Source: a virus
Lineage: Duplodnaviria > Caudoviricetes
Length of the DNA: 64,000 nt
Strand: one strand, 5' to 3'
IMG/VR virus record: IMGVR_UViG_3300013121_000024
Coordinates: 86,380 to 150,379 of that record
Shown here one piece after another: positions 8,941-18,154 of the stretch (position 1 is its first letter; every line of letters begins with the position of its first letter). Under the pieces are notes generated by a model. It ran no database searches, was not told the origin of the DNA, and was given only the letters and a program-made list of their open reading frames with translations. The translations under genes and the position numbers were made by a program.

Positions 8941-10518
8941 TTATACAGTTGTGGTCGATGATCGTGTTACTATACCAGAGACAGTGGGTTTAGTATTAGC
9001 CGATGGAAGTGGAGGAATTTTGGCATCTTTAGCCTTTAAGGTAGTAGTGCCGACAGGTTTTTGTCGGCTTTTACTTATCTTAGAGGTTTTACTGACCACC
9101 CCACCATCTTTTTCTCCACCAGTTTTTCCGGCCGCCTTATCTACAAATGTGGCCGATTCCTTAAAAAATCTACCTTTCAATATTCCTTTCAATCTATTTA
9201 GTATTCCAGTTTTTTCTGTTGCTACTTTTGCAACATATTTAGAAGCCGGAGGTTCAGTTTGTACTTTGGGCAATTCTACATTTGCGATATTTATGGTTTT
9301 CAACGGCCTGAGTGGATATGACTTGATTTCAGCCTCATTTCTTACCACCGGCTCTATCACTCCAGCATCCAATTGTGTACGAACGTCATCTAATTGCATT
9401 TTAGAAATCATTTCTAGGTCGTACAGATTGTTGTATTGTTTCATCTGTTTGGCAATCTGGACCTTACGTATAATCTCTTTGAATTCTTTCTCCTTAGCAG
9501 CTTCTCCGGATGCTTCGCGGCGAGCTTCCGCCCTCTGTTGGGCCTTCAATTTTGACAGTTCCTTTAACTTTGGACTTACCTCAGCTTGTACCTCGGCCGT
9601 GGCAACCTCTGCGGCCTTCTGTTCCAGTCTTTTTGCTAATCTGTCAAATTTATCTCTAGTTCTTTTTTCGGACTTTTCCCTGGCGGCCGATTTAATAGTA
9701 GAGGCCAGCTTTTTAGGATCCGTACCTCCTACTATTCCGGCAATTGTTTCTAGATTGTCCGGGTGGATAGTACCAGATCCGGATAATATACTTTGTAATT
9801 GGCCAAGAGCTTCGCTTCCTCCCCTTTGAATAGGAACAATGGCTACCGGGGTTCCCATTTTCTTGGATACTTTGGTAATTTTCTTTTTTTGTTTTTCTAG
9901 TTTGTTCTTAGCTCTTAATTTTTCTTGGTCTGATTTTAATTTCAAACGTCTTTTAAGTTCAGCTCTCGCCCTTCGGCCCAAATCATCCTTTCGAACAGCT
10001 AACTTTCCTAGACTTTTGTTACTAGTTTTACTGGTAATCTTGTAATCAGAAGGAAAAGCCATTTCATTTAAGATGCCGGTTGCTGATAAGACTTTGCTTG
10101 GTGTATTTTCTAATTTCATGGTATTCATTATACTCCTGATTGTCCTTCTCCCACCTGGAATTTCACCATACCTCTTGCCTTCTATTTCTTGCGATACTGC
10201 CGAAATAGTAGCATTCTTTTTCCACCATTTTGGAAGTATTTTTTTATACACCAGGCCCTTCAACCCCCGGCTTCTCTTAGTCCATTGTCTACGAATTTCA
10301 CTCTCGATATCACTAGGGTTGGCATCTTCGCCATCTTGCATGATACCGCTATTGAAAGCCCAGAAAGCATCTTCTCCACCTTTAGACTCCGTTTTAACTT
10401 TTGATGGTGTACCATCTTTAAGTGTTGGATTTAAGTCTACCAAAGGATTTTTTGATTTATTGGTGGCTTGAATTTTCTTGTTTTTATTATTGCGCATTTT
10501 TCTTTCCATATGAAACAA
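8941..10518 (-). CDS. Large basic coiled-coil protein, putative internal head protein
   Basis: 525 aa Lys/Ala-rich ORF in the late block. Confidence 0.55.
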   Translation of the reverse strand: MFHMERKMRNNKNKKIQATNKSKNPLVDLNPTLKDGTPSKVKTESKGGEDAFWAFNSGIMQDGEDANPSDIESEIRRQWTKRSRGLKGLVYKKILPKWWKKNATISAVSQEIEGKRYGEIPGGRRTIRSIMNTMKLENTPSKVLSATGILNEMAFPSDYKITSKTSNKSLGKLAVRKDDLGRRARAELKRRLKLKSDQEKLRAKNKLEKQKKKITKVSKKMGTPVAIVPIQRGGSEALGQLQSILSGSGTIHPDNLETIAGIVGGTDPKKLASTIKSAAREKSEKRTRDKFDRLAKRLEQKAAEVATAEVQAEVSPKLKELSKLKAQQRAEARREASGEAAKEKEFKEIIRKVQIAKQMKQYNNLYDLEMISKMQLDDVRTQLDAGVIEPVVRNEAEIKSYPLRPLKTINIANVELPKVQTEPPASKYVAKVATEKTGILNRLKGILKGRFFKESATFVDKAAGKTGGEKDGGVVSKTSKISKSRQKPVGTTTLKAKDAKIPPLPSANTKPTVSGIVTRSSTTTV

Positions 10519-10531
10519 CCCGTTGGATTAT

Positions 10532-11191
10532 TTATGTTTTCTTGACTTTTTTCAAGTGTTTAAGTCCACTCCTAACATCAACGAACAGTTCCCGTGCATG
10601 TTCTACATTACCGGATATGTTTTTGGATATACCTTTCATGAATCCTAGAAAATCGCCTTTTTTTGCCATTTCTCTCATTGACGATGCCGAAACAGCACCT
10701 TTACCACGAGGAACCTCATGACCGGTTATACTTTTGAAATTGTAGCTTCCCCTTTTTCCATTGTACTTCTTAAGAATACCAATGATAGAATTTTCTCCTG
10801 TCATTCTGTCGGTTCCGCCCACAAAATGTAAGTGTTTGTATCCTTCTTTGTTTAATCCTTTGGCTATCTCAATAATATTTGGTTCTTTAGAATTTACTCC
10901 AACTACACTTATATTGGTTTTTGGAAAAGCTCTTTGTAAGTGTTTCAATTTTTGTGCAGGTAATAGGGGATTTCTTTCATCTCCCGTTGACCCAGAGGCA
11001 ATTAACCTGTGGTCAGCGTTGTGTAATGCAGCTTGTGTATGCATCTCTTTTACTACAGCACCATGACCATCCTCTGTGGGGACGCCGAATCTACCAAAGG
11101 CAATAACCACATGTTCCTTTTGGTTGGGTTTCCGTGGTTTAAACTTGCCTTCTAATAGTAATTCGCCGTAAAACTCACGAAAACCTATCAT
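10532..11191 (-). CDS. Cytidylyltransferase-like (HIGH superfamily) nucleotidyltransferase
   Basis: VVIAFGRFGVPTEDGH, HFVGGTDR, VSASSMR; start reassigned to MIGFREF (11191). Confidence 0.75.
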   Translation of the reverse strand: MIGFREFYGELLLEGKFKPRKPNQKEHVVIAFGRFGVPTEDGHGAVVKEMHTQAALHNADHRLIASGSTGDERNPLLPAQKLKHLQRAFPKTNISVVGVNSKEPNIIEIAKGLNKEGYKHLHFVGGTDRMTGENSIIGILKKYNGKRGSYNFKSITGHEVPRGKGAVSASSMREMAKKGDFLGFMKGISKNISGNVEHARELFVDVRSGLKHLKKVKKT

Positions 11192-12365
11192 TTTTGGTAC
11201 CTCTTGAGAAATTCTCTCTATTGAACATATGTCGCAGATTAGCCTTAAATTGGGAGTTTCCCCGGACATGTCGGATAACATATCCTTCTGGGCCCGTTTG
11301 TTTATTCCCGATGTGATGTGTATATTCGGAGTGAGTGTCCATTGCATGTACTAATATATTTTTTGCATCCTGTATTGTTTTGTGGTGCATGAATAGTTTG
11401 TCCAGGTGTGTTCCTATAGTGCCTGCATGTGAAATAAGAGAATTCCAAGAAGCCTCTTTTTTATTTCGTGTTAGTGGATTCTTGATTGCTGCAAGTTCTT
11501 TCTGTTTCCTGGACTCCAAGTGTTCAATATATCCTTTGGCCGTATTTGGCGTTCCCAGTCGCACATTTGTATTGATATAAGTGGATAAGTGTGCTTGGTG
11601 TTGGTTGAAATTACCATGGAATGGTTCCAGTTCACGGGCTTGATTCTCGGCCAACTTCATATGTTCTGTGAATTTTTTCCTATCGGAATCGGGAAAACTG
11701 GCTTTGGTTGTACGGTGTGTTGTGCTGACAAAGTGTACATCCGGGTGGTATTGTATGCCCTTAAAGGAGGGCACTGAATCCATACTGAGTGCACTTCCGG
11801 TTTTCCCGGAATAGGAGGTGTGTAATGCAATTCCAAGTTGTGCTTTTGATATTTTCTTACCGGAGGTACTGTTTTTGTCTATGCTGTACTTAATGGTATT
11901 TGGTTGGAAAGACCATGTATTGCCTTCATCCCGCACCGACTTTTTGTCCCACATTAGGTCACCTTGATAGACACCAGTTTTTACTACCTTGGATAAATGT
12001 GTCAACGCGGTGTTCAATTTTTCGGCTAAGCCTGGTGAATGTCCGTGGTTTCTCATAATGTCAGCGGGAGTATAGTTTATTTTAGGGGTAACATTAAATG
12101 CACTTTTGGTAGCCACAAAGAATTTTTTTGTGTCTGGGTGTATTCCGAACAGCACACTAGGTGCACCATCTTTTTTAATCTTGATTTGTGACCTTACGGA
12201 CCGTTTCTTTTTAGTTAGTCTGTCATAGGTGCTCCAAAGTGCCGTGCTCGCATCCTTATGTCCCTGCGAACCTCTAAGGACAGCATCCTCTAGGTGTTCC
12301 AGATGTTTTAGTACTTTTGGTTGTTCACCAACCTGTTCCAACAGGAAGGTCTTGAATCCTATCAC
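11175..12365 (-). CDS. Conserved T4-like protein with ligase-type KxDG and EGxV motifs (usual partner of the cytidylyltransferase)
   Basis: KHLEHLED, KKDGAPSVLFG, QGDL, FQPNTIKY, PEGYVI. Confidence 0.65.
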   Translation of the reverse strand: MIGFKTFLLEQVGEQPKVLKHLEHLEDAVLRGSQGHKDASTALWSTYDRLTKKKRSVRSQIKIKKDGAPSVLFGIHPDTKKFFVATKSAFNVTPKINYTPADIMRNHGHSPGLAEKLNTALTHLSKVVKTGVYQGDLMWDKKSVRDEGNTWSFQPNTIKYSIDKNSTSGKKISKAQLGIALHTSYSGKTGSALSMDSVPSFKGIQYHPDVHFVSTTHRTTKASFPDSDRKKFTEHMKLAENQARELEPFHGNFNQHQAHLSTYINTNVRLGTPNTAKGYIEHLESRKQKELAAIKNPLTRNKKEASWNSLISHAGTIGTHLDKLFMHHKTIQDAKNILVHAMDTHSEYTHHIGNKQTGPEGYVIRHVRGNSQFKANLRHMFNRENFSRGTKNDRFS

Positions 12366-12571
12366 TGAATTTGTCTCCTAGTAGGTTTCAACTTTCCTTT
12401 GTTTTTGCCCCTGAGTTTTTTATTACTTTTATATTTTGACCAAGCGGTAGCGTATAATCGTTCTTGCCACTTGGATCCATATCTGTACTTGAATCTTTCT
12501 TTATTCGATTGTACCCAGTCTTCCATACCAGGAGGGGTGGATTCAGAAAGAAATTCTTTGAAGGTTTTCAT
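12362..12571 (-). CDS. Small putative internal head protein
   Basis: MKTFKEFLSE targeting-like N-terminus; PPGMEDWV...LYATAW. Confidence 0.6.
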   Translation of the reverse strand: MKTFKEFLSESTPPGMEDWVQSNKERFKYRYGSKWQERLYATAWSKYKSNKKLRGKNKGKLKPTRRQIQ

Positions 12572-12574
12572 CTA

Positions 12575-13660
12575 TTATTTTTCCTTCCTAGAAGACGCAT
12601 GAAATCCAACAATAACAGGTCCAAAACTGGTAAATCCACCAGAACCTTTACCTTTATTATTTATTGTAATAACTGGAACACCATTTTTTCCACGTACATG
12701 TATTGCTACTTTACCAGAATTTTCATTATTTACAGGAGCAACAGAAAAATGATTTCCATGTGTTGTAATAATTTTTTGCATTTCTTTATATGGATCGTCT
12801 ATCTCATGTGTGTATGCACCACTTTTAGTTGGCCCATATGAAGATAATTTTAATACCGGTGTTTTTGTTTTTTCTACACGAACTAAATTGCCCAGAACCT
12901 CTGATATCTGTTCCGGTTTCATTTTTGACAGACTTGACCTATATATATTACTTATTTTTCCTATAGCGTCTCGAATAAAGGTCTTATTTTTTTCTTTGTG
13001 TTTAGGATATTTATTTTCTACCTGATGAGCATCCGCCATCGATAGATGGCTTGTTGGTATACCCATGGAACCCATGTAATTATGTGATTGTGAAAGTGCA
13101 TTTTTCCATATTTCTTGTGTATTAACATTCAACAAAGAATCCAAAACATTGTGTCCAGGATTGGCTAAAGTTGGTGCTTTCTTTTTGTTATAATTTTTAA
13201 TGGAAATTGCCCACATTTTGGATTTGCCGAGTTTATCCATAGTTTTTACATGTAAATCTCCAGGATTCCGCTCTTTGACCAAATGTATACTATCCTTAGG
13301 CTGAGATGTCCACCATACTCCTGTTATTTTATGTCCCATCTTATTAAAATGTGACGCCAATTGTTTAGCAGCTCCTTTGGACTTTTCAGTATGGATTTTT
13401 TTATTGTCAGAACTTAATCCAGACATTATGGAATCATAAACTTCTTTTGGGTGTGTTGTTCCTAATTTTGATTTTGATTTAGGCAAGGCTTTTATTTTAC
13501 CAGTTTTGGTGAGTATAGGGTTAAAGGCCGGCCTTTTTGGAAATGATTTATTCGGAGTCAATTCTTTTCCTATTCCAAGTTCATGCTGTACTCCATAAGC
13601 ATTGTTATCTAACCCAAATGGAGTTTCCAATAAAAATTTCCGGAAAGACGGTAAAGACAT
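12575..13660 (-). CDS. Basic protein with possible PD-(D/E)xK nuclease-like motif and capsid-targeting-like N-terminus
   Basis: MSLPSFRKFLLE; NPGDLHV...WAISIK. Confidence 0.45.
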   Translation of the reverse strand: MSLPSFRKFLLETPFGLDNNAYGVQHELGIGKELTPNKSFPKRPAFNPILTKTGKIKALPKSKSKLGTTHPKEVYDSIMSGLSSDNKKIHTEKSKGAAKQLASHFNKMGHKITGVWWTSQPKDSIHLVKERNPGDLHVKTMDKLGKSKMWAISIKNYNKKKAPTLANPGHNVLDSLLNVNTQEIWKNALSQSHNYMGSMGIPTSHLSMADAHQVENKYPKHKEKNKTFIRDAIGKISNIYRSSLSKMKPEQISEVLGNLVRVEKTKTPVLKLSSYGPTKSGAYTHEIDDPYKEMQKIITTHGNHFSVAPVNNENSGKVAIHVRGKNGVPVITINNKGKGSGGFTSFGPVIVGFHASSRKEK

Positions 13661-13703
13661 GTTAATAGATGCTCCTTAATATGTTAGAATATGTACAATC
13701 CAC

Positions 13704-13710
13704 TATTTAG
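13704..13710 (-). promoter_or_regulatory. Late promoter (CTAAATA)
   Basis: Intergenic, heads the 4048-13660 block. Confidence 0.55.
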
Positions 13711-13729
13711 ACAAAAGAAAACCGGAACA

Positions 13730-14392
13730 TTAATGTTCCGGTTTAATGTATCCAAAAATGAAATCGGCATGCCCCGTGCGATCCAGAAAGTAGTATCCCA
13801 TACTGTCTAGTAATTTTTTCATGGGCTCGGTTACCACTTCCACAACAATGAGTGGTTTGTGTTCCTCGATGGTTTTTTGGGCACCGAGCATTACCTCATA
13901 TTCCATTCTTTCTACATCTAGTTGTAAAAGACTTAGATTATTGAACTTAAAATTGTCCAGTTTCAATATGGGTACCATTCCTGACCCAGGAACAATTGAG
14001 TGTGTTCCTGTGTTGAGCATATTCTTTATGTCCACCTTTCCAACACTGGTCTCCTTCCCTAAACCGGCCTGAATCTTTATTATGTTCGGTCTCTGACAAT
14101 TTAGGCAAAGGGTGTGGTAATTAAGAGGATCTGGCTCAAATGTGTATACAGAATTGAACATTCTCGAATATAACCTGGGATACATACCTTGGTTTCCACC
14201 AGCACAAACCACGGAATCAAAAGACTTGCAGTATAATTTTAGTTTTGGTTTGAGGTCTTGCCAGTCTTTCTGGGGGCCTGTCCAAGCACCTTGGTCCTGT
14301 TTGATCCAAAACCAAGGACCTTCTCCGTCAATGATTTCATTTCGTATTTCTAGGTGTTCAGCAAATTCATTGAATGTTGAAGTGTTTTCCAT
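13730..14392 (-). CDS. FkbM-family SAM-dependent methyltransferase
   Basis: VVCAGGNQG, YTFEPDP, LQLDVERMEYEVMLGA, KPLIVVE. Confidence 0.85.
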   Translation of the reverse strand: MENTSTFNEFAEHLEIRNEIIDGEGPWFWIKQDQGAWTGPQKDWQDLKPKLKLYCKSFDSVVCAGGNQGMYPRLYSRMFNSVYTFEPDPLNYHTLCLNCQRPNIIKIQAGLGKETSVGKVDIKNMLNTGTHSIVPGSGMVPILKLDNFKFNNLSLLQLDVERMEYEVMLGAQKTIEEHKPLIVVEVVTEPMKKLLDSMGYYFLDRTGHADFIFGYIKPEH

Positions 14393-14447
14393 TAGTTTAG
14401 ATGCACCTTTGCTGCCGGATACTTTTTGTTAAACGGTGTATTAGACA

Positions 14448-15875
14448 TTATTTGAATTCCGAGAATATTGATTTATTGGATTGTATGGATTGTGTAAATT
14501 TTGGCTTTATGGGTATGGCTTGGGTTTCCTGGTGTGTTGTTAATTCTGTTTGGATGGTGTTTTTCTGTGCTGATATTTCTGGACTGTATAACCTCATGTG
14601 TGGACGATCAAACCCTATTATGAACTTTTTCTTTTTCTCTTTGTCATCATATCGATTTTTCATTTGTTTAAAGAGTATTTGACCAAGGGAATCCAACTCC
14701 TCGGTTCTAATTACTGCTAAGAACAGATCAAAAACGGCCGGAGCTCCCCAGGAATCTGAAGTTTTATCCATATCAAAATCGGTATCAGCAAATCCAGACC
14801 TGTTTACCTGTGTGCTGGTAACAATAGCTGTATTACTTTCAATGGCCAATCCTCTCAATTCTTCGGCCATGGTCTTGACATATATATAAGTATTTATTCC
14901 ACCGCCCATTTTAATCCTACTTGAGGCGCAAATATTCAGGTAATCCACATATATTACATCAGGAATAAAGTTTTTTTTATGTTTCAACTCACCCAGGAGG
15001 TATCTGAAATTAGCAGTCGAGGCGCCGCCGGTAGGATATTCCTTAATTATTAATCGTCCGGTAATCTTTTTCTGTAAAGCCTGCATTTTTCGTTCATAGG
15101 TTTCTTTGGGTAGTTTGGTCAAGTCGTCCAAAGAAACTCCAAGTAAGTTAGCATCTATACGCTCCGCGATTTTCTCCTCGGACATTTCCATGGTAATATA
15201 AAGCACATTATAACCTAAGGAAACATGGGATGCCGCAAGGTGACACTTAACCGCGGTTTTTCCTACTCCCACCGGCGCCATGAAACAGTTAAGAGTTTTC
15301 CGTAGGAGACCTCCCTTGGTAATCTGGTTAAGCTCCTCAATATCAAAAGGTATGTGAATATCGGTACTATTATAAAAATTAAACCGTTCGGTATAATCGG
15401 ACATGTAGTCATGTCCGATTTTAGAGTCAAAGGACACACTAAGAGCATCAGAAAACAATTGTGGCAAACTACCAGCCAAATGGGTTTTATCTTTGCCTTC
15501 TAAAATTGTTATTCCTGATCTAATAGCATTGTGCAGCGCATTTTCTTGACAAAAAGACTCCGTAGTGGAATATAACCAATCCTTATCTGTCTCCAAGTCT
15601 GGAGCAAGAGTCCCAATAAGTTCCTGTGCCTTTAGGAATGTATCTTCAGATAAACCACTGGTATTGCCCAGATCAATATACAATGCTTCTCTGGTAGGCC
15701 TTGTATTATACCTAGACACAAAATCATGTATTAGTTTATATACAATCTTATGTGTCTTACTTTGGAAATACTCCTCCTTGAGAAAAGGAAATACTTTCCT
15801 CATGTAGTCTTCGTTATAAAGGTAGTGAGAAAGTATTACATTATCAAAATTCAAAATGGTAAACTCCGTTTTCAA
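14448..15875 (-). CDS. gp41: Replicative DNA helicase (T4 gp41)
   Basis: APVGVGKT, YITMEMSEEKIAERIDAN, IKEYPT, VDYLNIC, QMKNRY. Confidence 0.95.
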   Translation of the reverse strand: MKTEFTILNFDNVILSHYLYNEDYMRKVFPFLKEEYFQSKTHKIVYKLIHDFVSRYNTRPTREALYIDLGNTSGLSEDTFLKAQELIGTLAPDLETDKDWLYSTTESFCQENALHNAIRSGITILEGKDKTHLAGSLPQLFSDALSVSFDSKIGHDYMSDYTERFNFYNSTDIHIPFDIEELNQITKGGLLRKTLNCFMAPVGVGKTAVKCHLAASHVSLGYNVLYITMEMSEEKIAERIDANLLGVSLDDLTKLPKETYERKMQALQKKITGRLIIKEYPTGGASTANFRYLLGELKHKKNFIPDVIYVDYLNICASSRIKMGGGINTYIYVKTMAEELRGLAIESNTAIVTSTQVNRSGFADTDFDMDKTSDSWGAPAVFDLFLAVIRTEELDSLGQILFKQMKNRYDDKEKKKKFIIGFDRPHMRLYSPEISAQKNTIQTELTTHQETQAIPIKPKFTQSIQSNKSIFSEFK

Positions 15876-16396
15876 TCGTTGGTTTCTGTGTCATCCCCGT
15901 CTAGACTTTTTTCTCTTTGGTCACCATAAGAATATTCAATATGGACTGCATTATTGATAGTCTCCAGAATTTCTGGAGTATAGTACTTCTCCGGATTCCT
16001 GTCAATGTCTTTAGCAAAGGCCTTGGTACCATCTGGAAATTCATACCGGTTACCTACCTTTTTCACAATTCCGTGTCTTTCTGCAATTTCCAATAGACCC
16101 CAGAATTTATCAATACCTGTATCATATGACAGTCGTAGCTCAACTTCTTTATTCTCACGTGACAATCTCGACTTTATCAACCGCACTTTTAGTATATTGC
16201 CGATTACTTCCTTTCCGTCACCCTTATCCTTTTTCTTGGAAAGGAATAGAATGTAATCGGCCGAGTAGCGGAGCCCGCCGCCACCTGAATTATGTGAAAT
16301 CACTCCATTCGAAAGGATGTAATGCTCGGCAAATCCCACCGATATATCAAACACTTCTGTTGGTTCATTTATCTTCTTTATAGATACAATTCTCAT
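15872..16396 (-). CDS. uvsX: UvsX C-terminal fragment fused behind a split intein C-half
   Basis: 36 aa IntC (MRIVSIKK...VFDISV...NGVISHN) then SGGGGLRYSA, the RecA/UvsX GGxxLxYxA motif. Confidence 0.9.
   Translation of the reverse strand: MRIVSIKKINEPTEVFDISVGFAEHYILSNGVISHNSGGGGLRYSADYILFLSKKKDKGDGKEVIGNILKVRLIKSRLSRENKEVELRLSYDTGIDKFWGLLEIAERHGIVKKVGNRYEFPDGTKAFAKDIDRNPEKYYTPEILETINNAVHIEYSYGDQREKSLDGDDTETND
16289..16396 (-). mobile_element. Split intein C-half (UvsX)
   Basis: Blocks F/G, ends HN followed by Ser. Confidence 0.9.
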
Positions 16397-17093
16397 TTTC
16401 CGTTTTCTCCACTATGGTGATTTTTTGTATACCATATTTGTCCCAAAGGTGCCATTTATCTTTTCGAATTAATGAAGCACCTAATGATTTGCTCTTGCCT
16501 AAATGAGTACCCAATTCCAATCTATTTAAGAAATTTATGCTTTGGCCATCCATAAACTCTACGAATATTGGTATACTCCGTTTGTTTCTTAACATCTTAC
16601 GTGTTTTCTCGGAATGTGTTTTTCCGAAAAATGGATTAGATGTACCAGGCTGGCCGCATTTTTTTCTCAGAACTTCTATTGTTTCAGGTGTATGTTTTCT
16701 TCCGAAAAAGGGGTTCTTTTCACCCTTTAGACCTTTCCCAAAAGCCGGATTATTTTGGCCTGATATGTCTCTTGAAAAGGCCTTCTTGAATAATTCATAG
16801 CTCCTGGAAAAATATCTTGAACGGTGACTTGAATTGGATACCCGCATTTTATGAAAGGCAAAAATCATTTTCCTCTTGTTTAATGGAGTGGTTACCATCT
16901 TCACTAGACATAAATGCAAAATATAATGTTCGCGTGCGGTTAACTGTACCAAATTATGCATCGAGTTTGTTCCACCCAAGCTTTTTGGTATAATGTGGTG
17001 TGTTTCAGAATAATCTTCTTTAGGTAGTATCCTACATTTACCACGCTCAACAAGTCGCCAATAGATTCGTGAATATTTGTTCTCTAAAAACAT
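16365..17093 (-). CDS. Free-standing HNH homing endonuclease with NUMOD3-type repeats, between the uvsX halves
   Basis: ETHHIIPKSLGGTN...NLVQLTAREHYILH; NPFFGRKHTPET and NPFFGKTHSEKT; AAGGA RBS before ATG 17093. Confidence 0.88.
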   Translation of the reverse strand: MFLENKYSRIYWRLVERGKCRILPKEDYSETHHIIPKSLGGTNSMHNLVQLTAREHYILHLCLVKMVTTPLNKRKMIFAFHKMRVSNSSHRSRYFSRSYELFKKAFSRDISGQNNPAFGKGLKGEKNPFFGRKHTPETIEVLRKKCGQPGTSNPFFGKTHSEKTRKMLRNKRSIPIFVEFMDGQSINFLNRLELGTHLGKSKSLGASLIRKDKWHLWDKYGIQKITIVEKTENENCIYKEDK

Positions 17094-17382
17094 CAGTTTT
17101 TCCTTGTATATCACACACACTGATGTTATTTATATTTTGAATCTCCTCCATCAGGTCGAACACCGTCCTCCACTTACCGTCTACCAAAAATTTATGTTCT
17201 CCTGTCGCCTTAATTTTTGTTCCATCTTCAAATTCAATTTCAAAAACCTCGGTTGACGTAAAAGAATGCACATTTGTTATTTTACTGTCTCCGAAAAGCG
17301 TTTTTACCATATCACCGACATCTAGGTCTTGTATATTTCTATGTCCTTCTGGTGTAGATACCTTTGTGTCGGCTGCCAGACA
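17047..17382 (-). mobile_element. Split intein N-half (UvsX)
   Basis: Block A CLAADT, block B TxxH (TGEH), stop codon with no HN. Confidence 0.9.
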
Positions 17383-18051
17383 CATCTCTTTAGTGGGAAC
17401 ATACGAACCCGTAACATCGTATGTATGGTTGGTCACGATCATAGGGATCCGAGCCTTAGCCAGCTTCAGCCTGAGAACACGGAACGCTCCTCTGAGTAAC
17501 TGAGGCTTGGTCATATCCCTCTTTTCGGTACCTTCGGTAATATCACCAAGTTCCTTTGAGGAAGAAAGCATTCCAAGTGAGTCCAGAACAAACAGGAATT
17601 CTGGCCGGTCCTTTTTTTCCATCAAGGAATCAATATATTTTACCGCCTTGTGTCTGAATTCTTCAATGGTGGACGGCTCAGAAACGATTACCCTGGAGAC
17701 ATCAATACCTCTGGAAGCCATCATTTCTTTGGTAACGGCCGCCTCTGTGTCAAAATAAATCACACCTGCACTAGTATTCTTTTCCAGAAATGTTTTCACA
17801 ATACTCAGTGCTAGGTAAGTCTTGCCGGTACTTGTTTCGCCGGCCATGGCGATGATTTTGTTGTTTGGAAATCCATTGTAAATGTCGGCTGAAATTAAAG
17901 CGTTCAATGCATAACACCCTGTATCCGTATATCCATCAAACTCGGCCGCGCTGATTCCATCAGCGGCCAGTGTTAAAAACTCATCTTCCTGTTCTTTCAC
18001 AAATTCATTGAAAAAATTATTCGATTTTATAACCGTACTTGATTTTGCCAT
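17047..18051 (-). CDS. uvsX: UvsX (RecA-like) N-terminal fragment fused to a split intein N-half
   Basis: GETSTGKT, YFDTEAA, LDSLGML, VTNHTY then KEM|CLAADTKV...IKATGEHKF. Confidence 0.92.
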   Translation of the reverse strand: MAKSSTVIKSNNFFNEFVKEQEDEFLTLAADGISAAEFDGYTDTGCYALNALISADIYNGFPNNKIIAMAGETSTGKTYLALSIVKTFLEKNTSAGVIYFDTEAAVTKEMMASRGIDVSRVIVSEPSTIEEFRHKAVKYIDSLMEKKDRPEFLFVLDSLGMLSSSKELGDITEGTEKRDMTKPQLLRGAFRVLRLKLAKARIPMIVTNHTYDVTGSYVPTKEMCLAADTKVSTPEGHRNIQDLDVGDMVKTLFGDSKITNVHSFTSTEVFEIEFEDGTKIKATGEHKFLVDGKWRTVFDLMEEIQNINNISVCDIQGKTDVFREQIFTNLLATC

Positions 18052-18089
18052 ATATTCTTTCTCCAAATAGCACACTGTTAACAGTTAGT

Positions 18090-18118
18090 ACTGTACAATA
18101 TTGTCTCGCAGGTGTCAA
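18090..18118 (-). promoter_or_regulatory. Sigma70-like promoter for uvsX (TTGACA-17-TACAGT)
   Basis: Consensus match just upstream of uvsX. Confidence 0.7.
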
Positions 18119-18119
18119 T

Positions 18120-18149
18120 AAAAAAGGCGGACCCGTTTCCAGGTCCGCC
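18120..18149 (-). terminator. Rho-independent terminator
   Basis: GGCGGACC/GGTCCGCC stem plus T run on the minus strand. Confidence 0.8.
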
Positions 18150-18154
18150 AATTT

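Noticed and set aside
8951-9829. 292-aa plus-strand ORF
   Set aside because: Antisense shadow of the Lys/Ala-rich minus-strand gene; no motifs
15872-18051. Stop-codon recoding or a group I intron as the explanation for the broken uvsX and terL genes
   Set aside because: Fragments lie in different frames, intein motifs flank both breaks, all three stop codons terminate normal genes, and no suppressor tRNA or intron core is seen
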